A stretch of DNA of 64,000 nt, taken from NCBI GenBank assembly GCA_963718615.1, contig OY970368.1, forward strand, positions 2,784,001 to 2,848,000, read 5' to 3'. This stretch comes from an uncultured cyanobacterium. GTDB taxonomy: Bacteria; Cyanobacteriota; Cyanobacteriia; PCC-9006; JAAUQQ01. Both the position numbers and the translations under genes were made by a program. Under the pieces are notes generated by a model. That model was not told where the DNA came from, made no database searches, and saw only the letters and a list, made by a program, of their open reading frames with translations. Shown here piece after piece: positions 58,487 to 64,000 of the stretch. Numbering within the stretch: position 1 is the stretch's first letter; every line of letters begins with the position of its first letter.

Positions 58487-60560
58487 CCTTGCGATTACCC
58501 TCGTGATGATTTTTACGATCGTCGCAGGGATTGGAGCCCAGGTGCTAGCAGCCTATCTGAAGCTGCCGAGCATTGTCTTTCTGCTGCTGTTTGGGATGGC
58601 GCTGGGCCGGGATGGCTTGGGGCTGATCCAGCCCCAGTTGATTGGCCATGGCTTAGATGTGATTGTGGCCATGGCCGTGGCGCTGATTTTGTTTGAAGGG
58701 GGCCTCAATCTGGAGCTGCGGGAGCTGGGCCGGGTCTCGGGCAGTTTACGCAATTTGGTGACCCTGGGCACTCTGATTACGCTTTTGGGGGGCAGCATGG
58801 CAGCCCACTGGCTGAGTGAGTTTCCCTGGCCCATTGCCTTTTTGTATGCTGCCATCGTGGTGGTTACGGGTCCAACGGTCACAGGGCCATTGCTTCAGCA
58901 GGTGAGTGTCGATCGCAAAGTCGCAGCCCTCCTGGAGGGGGAAGGTGTTCTCATTGATCCCGTGGGGGCGATCCTGGCGGTGGTCGTTCTTGATCTGATT
59001 CTCAATGCCAATGCCAATCCCCTAGATGCGGTGGGAGGTCTGTTTTTACGCTTGGGGATTGGTGGGTTAATTGGAGCGGTGGGCGGTGGGCTCATCGGCT
59101 TGTTTCTCAAGCGGGCCAAGTTTCTCAGTGAAGAGCTCAAAAACCTGGTGGTATTAGCGGGGGCCTGGGGGCTATTTGGTTTGGCCCAATATATCCGCAG
59201 CGAATCGGGGCTGATGACCGCCGTGATTGCGGGCCTGGTGGTTGGCTCAGCGGCAGTGCCGGGGGAGCGGATGCTGCGGCGGTTTAAGGGACAGCTCACG
59301 GTGTTGTCGATTTCGGTTTTGTTTATTTTGTTGGCGGCAGACTTATCCATTGCCAGTGTGTTTGCTCTGGAATGGGGCGGCCTCTTTACGGTTCTGGCGC
59401 TGATGTTTTTGGTGCGGCCTTTGAATATCTGGAGCTGCACGCTACAGAGTGACCTGAATTGGCGGCAAAAGCTTTTTATGAGCTGGATTGCGCCCAGGGG
59501 GATTGTCTCGGCATCCGTGGCTTCTCTGTTCGGCATTTTACTGACGGAGCGGGGCATCAATGGGGGGGATTCTATTAAGGCCCTGGTTTTTCTCACCATT
59601 ATTTTGACGGTGTTTTTGCAAGGGCTGACGGCTAAACCCATTGCCCAACTGCTGGGGATCACCTCTGCGGAGACCCGTGGTGTGATGATTGTGGGGGCCA
59701 ATCCCCTCAGTAAGCTGGTGGGACGTCTGATTCAGGCGGAAGGTCAATCCATTGTGATTATTGACTCCGATGAAGCGGCCTTAAAAAAGGTCGAACAGGA
59801 GGATTTACCGACGGAACTGAGCAGCGCCTTTGACGACGAGGCCCTAGAAGAAGCGGGGATTGATACGGTCGGAACTGTGCTGGTGATGACGAGCAATAGT
59901 GAAGTCAACCAGGCGATCGCCCAGCGGATCACAGAAGAATTTAGCCCCCCCCGAGTCCTAGCCCTTTCGCCAGGAGAGGCCGGAACCCGCGCATCGCTCA
60001 ATCCCAAAATTGGTGAAGCTTTCCTGAAAAATTTACCAATCAAAACCTGGAACCAATACCTTAGTGAAGGGTCAATCCGAGTGGGAATGACACAGCTACG
60101 GGAGGTGGGGTTTGATCTGCAAAAGGTTCACCTTGAGGCGTTGATGCGATCGCAGGAATTAGTGCCGCTGTTGCTAGGACGGCAGGAGCGCCTACAGATT
60201 TGTGCCGCTGGAGAAGAGTGGAAACCGGGCGATCGCCTGATCTATCTCCTGCATGATCCCAAGCCCAAACTACTCAAACGCCTCTCTGGAAATGCCCAAC
60301 CCAAGCTGACGATCGAAAAACTCCCTGCCGTTGAAGAAATTCCTGTTCCACCGTCACCGCCTTCTGCTAGCGAAGAACTGGTTGCTGCGGGAGTCCCGGC
60401 ATTGGCAACCGAGGATCTCTCCGAGGACTCGTCCAAGAATGCCTCGATGGAGCTCCCCCTTGATCCCTCGTTGGATCAAGTAGCTCAAAAGCCTAGAACA
60501 CCCAACGCGCCCAGCAGGGCCACCAGCCCAAACAGGACCAAAATAGCCCCTGATCCATAG
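58476..60560 (+). CDS. CPA1-family cation:proton antiporter with TrkA-N-like domain
   Basis: ILFEGG, TGPTV, EGVLIDPVG and APRGIV motifs, about 12 TMs, then MIVGA..I(I)DSD; ATG at 58476. Confidence 0.9.
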   Translation: MDSSLAITLVMIFTIVAGIGAQVLAAYLKLPSIVFLLLFGMALGRDGLGLIQPQLIGHGLDVIVAMAVALILFEGGLNLELRELGRVSGSLRNLVTLGTLITLLGGSMAAHWLSEFPWPIAFLYAAIVVVTGPTVTGPLLQQVSVDRKVAALLEGEGVLIDPVGAILAVVVLDLILNANANPLDAVGGLFLRLGIGGLIGAVGGGLIGLFLKRAKFLSEELKNLVVLAGAWGLFGLAQYIRSESGLMTAVIAGLVVGSAAVPGERMLRRFKGQLTVLSISVLFILLAADLSIASVFALEWGGLFTVLALMFLVRPLNIWSCTLQSDLNWRQKLFMSWIAPRGIVSASVASLFGILLTERGINGGDSIKALVFLTIILTVFLQGLTAKPIAQLLGITSAETRGVMIVGANPLSKLVGRLIQAEGQSIVIIDSDEAALKKVEQEDLPTELSSAFDDEALEEAGIDTVGTVLVMTSNSEVNQAIAQRITEEFSPPRVLALSPGEAGTRASLNPKIGEAFLKNLPIKTWNQYLSEGSIRVGMTQLREVGFDLQKVHLEALMRSQELVPLLLGRQERLQICAAGEEWKPGDRLIYLLHDPKPKLLKRLSGNAQPKLTIEKLPAVEEIPVPPSPPSASEELVAAGVPALATEDLSEDSSKNASMELPLDPSLDQVAQKPRTPNAPSRATSPNRTKIAPDP

Positions 60561-61168
60561 TGAATGCCGGTGAGCCATGGCGGAGACAGATGTTGCCGCA
60601 ACTGCTGAATGAGGCTACACAGAAACAGCCACCAAAGGGCTGAGCCCAGAAAAACACCCAGGATTAACGCCCAAGCATCGTTATGCACCCTAGGCTGGGC
60701 GGCGGCTGGGTTGGCAGCGGTCCCGAGCCCCAAACCGGCAAACATCGCAACAAACGAAAGAATGGTTGCGGGGTTGGTGAGGGTAAGGGCGAGGGCTGAA
60801 CCGTAGGCGCTGAGGCGAGATTGAGGGGGGGGTGGGGCGATCGCCCCAGCGGAGGACTGGGCAGAGGGGGGAGCAACAGTCTGGGCAAAAACCGTTCGAC
60901 CGCCCAGATAGAGCAAAAACAGTCCCCCCAGACTCTGCATGATCGTTCGCTGAGCAACTAAGAACTCAGACAGCGTAACCAGTCCAAACCCAGCAATACT
61001 GCCATAGAGGGCATCTGCCGTCGCGGCCCCCAGACCTGAAACAAATCCAGTCCACCAGCCCTGGCTGAGGGTGCGGCGAATACAGAGAATACCAATGGGG
61101 CCAACGGGAGCGGCGATCGCCAATCCTAAAACGATGCCTTTCAAGAAAATTTGAATCAGCATCTCCAT
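60485..61168 (-). CDS. LysE-family translocator
   Basis: AAPVGPIG, G.GAATAD, LTNPATI and GS.LWW motifs. Confidence 0.9.
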   Translation of the reverse strand: MEMLIQIFLKGIVLGLAIAAPVGPIGILCIRRTLSQGWWTGFVSGLGAATADALYGSIAGFGLVTLSEFLVAQRTIMQSLGGLFLLYLGGRTVFAQTVAPPSAQSSAGAIAPPPPQSRLSAYGSALALTLTNPATILSFVAMFAGLGLGTAANPAAAQPRVHNDAWALILGVFLGSALWWLFLCSLIQQLRQHLSPPWLTGIHYGSGAILVLFGLVALLGALGVLGF

Positions 61169-61216
61169 ACCTCTGCAAGATCTTGCGCCCTTGAACCCAT
61201 ACATTACTCGCTTAAA

Positions 61217-62080
61217 TTACTCGCTACGCAGCAGCCAAAATCCGCTGTAGGTCATGCCGGAATCATCCGGTTGGATCAACAAAAAATGCAGCCCCGCTGC
61301 TGCCTGTTGCCGCTGCTGAAACGTTCGTGCCGCTCGGGCCATATCCGCATCTTCAAAGGTTGCCATCACCCAGCGTTCCGCCAACCCCGCTGCCAAAATC
61401 ACCCCATCCGGTGCACCCGGACTATAGTGCAGCCTATAGGGGCGGATAGTTTGTAGCCATCGCGCTAAGGGCATCGCCGCCCGCCCAGCCTCGATGATGA
61501 CACCGGGAATGGGTAACGTTGAGGCTAAACCCAGGGACAAGGGCCAATGGGACTGAGGGAGATGGAGGATAGGAATGGGGCGATCGCGAAACCCCTCCAC
61601 TAACTCCCCCGCCGGTAAGGCCGCAAACTGCCAGCGATCGCCCCGCAACCGTTCGGGCAAAGGTTGAGGGGGCAACTGTTCGATCGCCACAGGGTCCCAA
61701 CTAGAATCCCAGCCAGAATTCCTGCCCGATTGCACCAGAGTTTGCAGAATCTGTTTGATCGCGGGGGTCTGGCGGGTCGCTTCGACGTTAAGGCCCAAGG
61801 GTTTGGCTCCAGCGGCAATCAAGCTAAAGCTTTGGGGTCGAAAAACTTGGAGGATTGGATGCTGAGCCTTGGCGATTGGAGATGGCTCTAGAGCGGCTCG
61901 GGATTGCAAGGCGGTTTGCAGTTGATGGGTCACCCAAGCCGCAGTGATCTCCGCCTGGGGAGCCTGGGCAGACCATTGCCACTGACCATCCGCACTGCAC
62001 AGCAGGAGTTCCCAAAGGGGGTTGCCTGCGGCGTCCGTTTGGGGGCGACGGGACAGATCGGCCTGCCAAGGGTCGTGCAT
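61217..62080 (-). CDS. Tab2/Atab2-family RNA-binding protein
   Basis: WQAD..RRP, WELL, FRPQ, LRGDRWQF, GLHFLLIQPDDSG and GFWLL motifs. Confidence 0.88.
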   Translation of the reverse strand: MHDPWQADLSRRPQTDAAGNPLWELLLCSADGQWQWSAQAPQAEITAAWVTHQLQTALQSRAALEPSPIAKAQHPILQVFRPQSFSLIAAGAKPLGLNVEATRQTPAIKQILQTLVQSGRNSGWDSSWDPVAIEQLPPQPLPERLRGDRWQFAALPAGELVEGFRDRPIPILHLPQSHWPLSLGLASTLPIPGVIIEAGRAAMPLARWLQTIRPYRLHYSPGAPDGVILAAGLAERWVMATFEDADMARAARTFQQRQQAAAGLHFLLIQPDDSGMTYSGFWLLRSE

Positions 62081-62189
62081 AAAAATTACTGCGAGGTTGC
62101 CTTAACGATTCTATGATTTTTGGTGCTGGTATGGTCTAGCGAAGGGTTTGCCCGCACTGGAGCCGATCACTTGAGGGATGGCCTGGGGG

Positions 62190-62223
62190 CCTTGCCTAGA
62201 GTCCTTGCCTAGAGTCCTTGCCT
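62190..62223. repeat. 13-bp tandem repeat (CCTTGCCTAGAGT, ~2.6 copies) in a divergent promoter region
   Basis: Read directly. Confidence 0.85.
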
Positions 62224-62307
62224 GGGGGATTGCTTGACTATCCTCATAAGTTCCTCAACTTTTAGCCCTATCTTGAGGACATTGAGGGATAGCGAGGTCA
62301 AACAGCG

Positions 62308-62661
62308 ATGGATAGGGATATTAAAAACGGAGCGGCTGTCGATAGCGATCGCAGCGTTGATGTCAAAGCCGTTGAAGTTGGCACTGAGCCATCAGACAAT
62401 GCCCAGGATAATGTCAAAACAGAGGAGTTCCGAGTTCAAGGGGAAGAGCTAGTCTCAAAAATCAAAGAATTGGTGCATGAAGGCAATATTCGTCGCATTA
62501 TCGTCAAAAATGAATCAAATCATACTTTGATTGAGATTCCGTTGACAGTGGGGGTTGTGGGTGGGGTTCTCAGTGCTGCCTTCTTCCCCGTTTTAGCGGC
62601 ATTGGGTGCCATTGGCGCGGTGGTCGCTCACCTGACGTTGGTGATTGAAAAGCGGCAGTAG
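62308..62661 (+). CDS. DUF4342-family protein
   Basis: EEF.V.G..LV.KIKELVHEGNIRRI and EIPLTVG, plus a hydrophobic tail. Confidence 0.85.
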   Translation: MDRDIKNGAAVDSDRSVDVKAVEVGTEPSDNAQDNVKTEEFRVQGEELVSKIKELVHEGNIRRIIVKNESNHTLIEIPLTVGVVGGVLSAAFFPVLAALGAIGAVVAHLTLVIEKRQ

Positions 62662-62765
62662 GCAGGTGGTGGCAGCACCGATCGCCAGCATCGGAGGGGT
62701 CCAGATCTCCCCAATCTCGTTCCCCTTTCCCTACTATGGGAAAAGACTGACGATCGCACATCACT

Positions 62766-63983
62766 ATGGATCTCTCCGAAAGCCTCACCATGGCCGTCAA
62801 AACCCTGACGGCTAACAAACTCCGCAGCACCCTAACGATGCTGGGCATCATCATTGGCAATGCCTCCGTCATCTCGATGATCGGGGTTGGCCAGGGGGCA
62901 CAGCGTCTTGCCTCTGAACAGTTTGAGGCCCTGGGTCCAAATGTGTTGTTCATTGTACCCGGTACCCGAGAAGCCCGACGGACAACCTTTGATTTGCCCA
63001 AAACCCTGGTTCTCACGGATGCAGAGGCGATCGCCCAGCAAGTTCCCTCTGTCGAAGCCGTGGCTCCCCAAATTAGTAGCCAATACATCATTAGCTATCG
63101 CGGCAACAATACCTCCAGTAGCGTTGTGGGAACAACCCCAGCTTTTTTGACCGTGCGTAGCTTTGAAATCGATCGCGGTCGCTTTATTACCGACGCCGAT
63201 ATTGAATCGAATAAACAGGTTGCAGCTATTGGTTCAACCCTTGCAAAAACGTTATTTAATGGCGAAGAACCCCTGGGTCAGCAGATTCGCGTGCGCGACA
63301 GTTCCTTTGAGGTGGTGGGCGTGATGAAAGAAAAGGGATCATTTCTTGGGCAAAACCAAGATGATTCGCTCTATCTTCCCATTAGTACGATGGCCAACCG
63401 GCTCGTGGGTCGAACTTCACCCTACGGTACAGAGGTAACCTTTATCTCGGTGTCTGCGAAGAATGAACAGAGCATTAGTGCCGCTCAATTTCAAATTCGC
63501 AATCTGCTGCGGCTGCGTCACAAAATCAAGGCAGAAGATGACTTTAGCGTGGATACTCAGAAAGATATTTTGACGATTGTCAGCACGATTACCGGAGCAT
63601 TGACGCTGATGTTGGCGGCGATCGCCGGAATCTCGCTGCTGGTCGGGGGCATCGGCATCATGAATATCATGCTCGTTTCAGTTTCAGAACGCACCCAGGA
63701 AATTGGCTTGAGAAAGGCGATCGGGGCGACGCAAAAAGATATTTTGGTTCAGTTCATAATTGAAGCTGTTATTCTATCTGCGGCAGGTGGTTTGTTTGGC
63801 ACAATGTTAGGCGTCAGCGGGGTGTTGCTCGTAGGGGCTTTGTCGCCGTTGCAGGCAGCGGTTTCCCCCGTGGCGATCGTCATGGCGGTGAGTATTTCGG
63901 GCGGGATTGGCTTGGCTTTCGGGGTGTTGCCTGCGCAGCAAGCCGCGAAGCTGGATCCAATTGTAGCCCTGCGCAGTATTTAG
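62766..63983 (+). CDS. MacB/FtsX-family ABC transporter permease
   Basis: RSTLTMLGIIIG, GGIGIMNIMLVSVSERTQEIGLRKAIGA and DPIVALR motifs. Confidence 0.93.
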   Translation: MDLSESLTMAVKTLTANKLRSTLTMLGIIIGNASVISMIGVGQGAQRLASEQFEALGPNVLFIVPGTREARRTTFDLPKTLVLTDAEAIAQQVPSVEAVAPQISSQYIISYRGNNTSSSVVGTTPAFLTVRSFEIDRGRFITDADIESNKQVAAIGSTLAKTLFNGEEPLGQQIRVRDSSFEVVGVMKEKGSFLGQNQDDSLYLPISTMANRLVGRTSPYGTEVTFISVSAKNEQSISAAQFQIRNLLRLRHKIKAEDDFSVDTQKDILTIVSTITGALTLMLAAIAGISLLVGGIGIMNIMLVSVSERTQEIGLRKAIGATQKDILVQFIIEAVILSAAGGLFGTMLGVSGVLLVGALSPLQAAVSPVAIVMAVSISGGIGLAFGVLPAQQAAKLDPIVALRSI

Positions 63984-64000
63984 CAATTGCCAGGAAAATT

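Noticed and set aside
1-64000. CRISPR array, rRNA, integrase or transposase
   Set aside because: No regularly spaced repeat-spacer units, rRNA-like stretches or recombinase/transposase motifs were seen. The tandem repeats have no spacers.

Overview
Cyanobacterial chromosomal window, judged from frequent HIP1 GCGATCGC sites, a PatA regulator, a cyanobacteriochrome GAF, and Uma2, Tab2 and Hps-type genes. From left to right it holds: an AT-rich PatA-CheY-CheW-MCP-CheA phototaxis-type operon whose receptor carries a DXCF cyanobacteriochrome GAF; a co-directional cellulose-synthase-type operon (porin, TPR protein, bcsB, bcsA); a papain-fold hypothetical protein; a metallophosphoesterase; tRNA-Ala(GGC) followed by a VapBC-like pair and gene debris; two separate Wzm/Wzt glycan-export loci with many glycosyltransferases; a GT2 plus multipass-membrane pair; hpsNOP; hemC; an atypical argC; an AT-rich TPR islet; htpG; a PEP-CTERM protein; and further housekeeping genes. 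I saw no CRISPR array, rRNA, integrase or transposase. Best leads: the cellulose operon with a split BcsC-like TPR plus porin next to a light-sensing taxis operon, an unassigned structured leader RNA upstream of a phosphotransferase, an orphan nucleotidyltransferase between wzm and wzt, an ArgC with an altered cofactor-binding loop, and a TIR/NDT-fold fusion protein. All family calls come from reading motifs by eye; no database searches were run.
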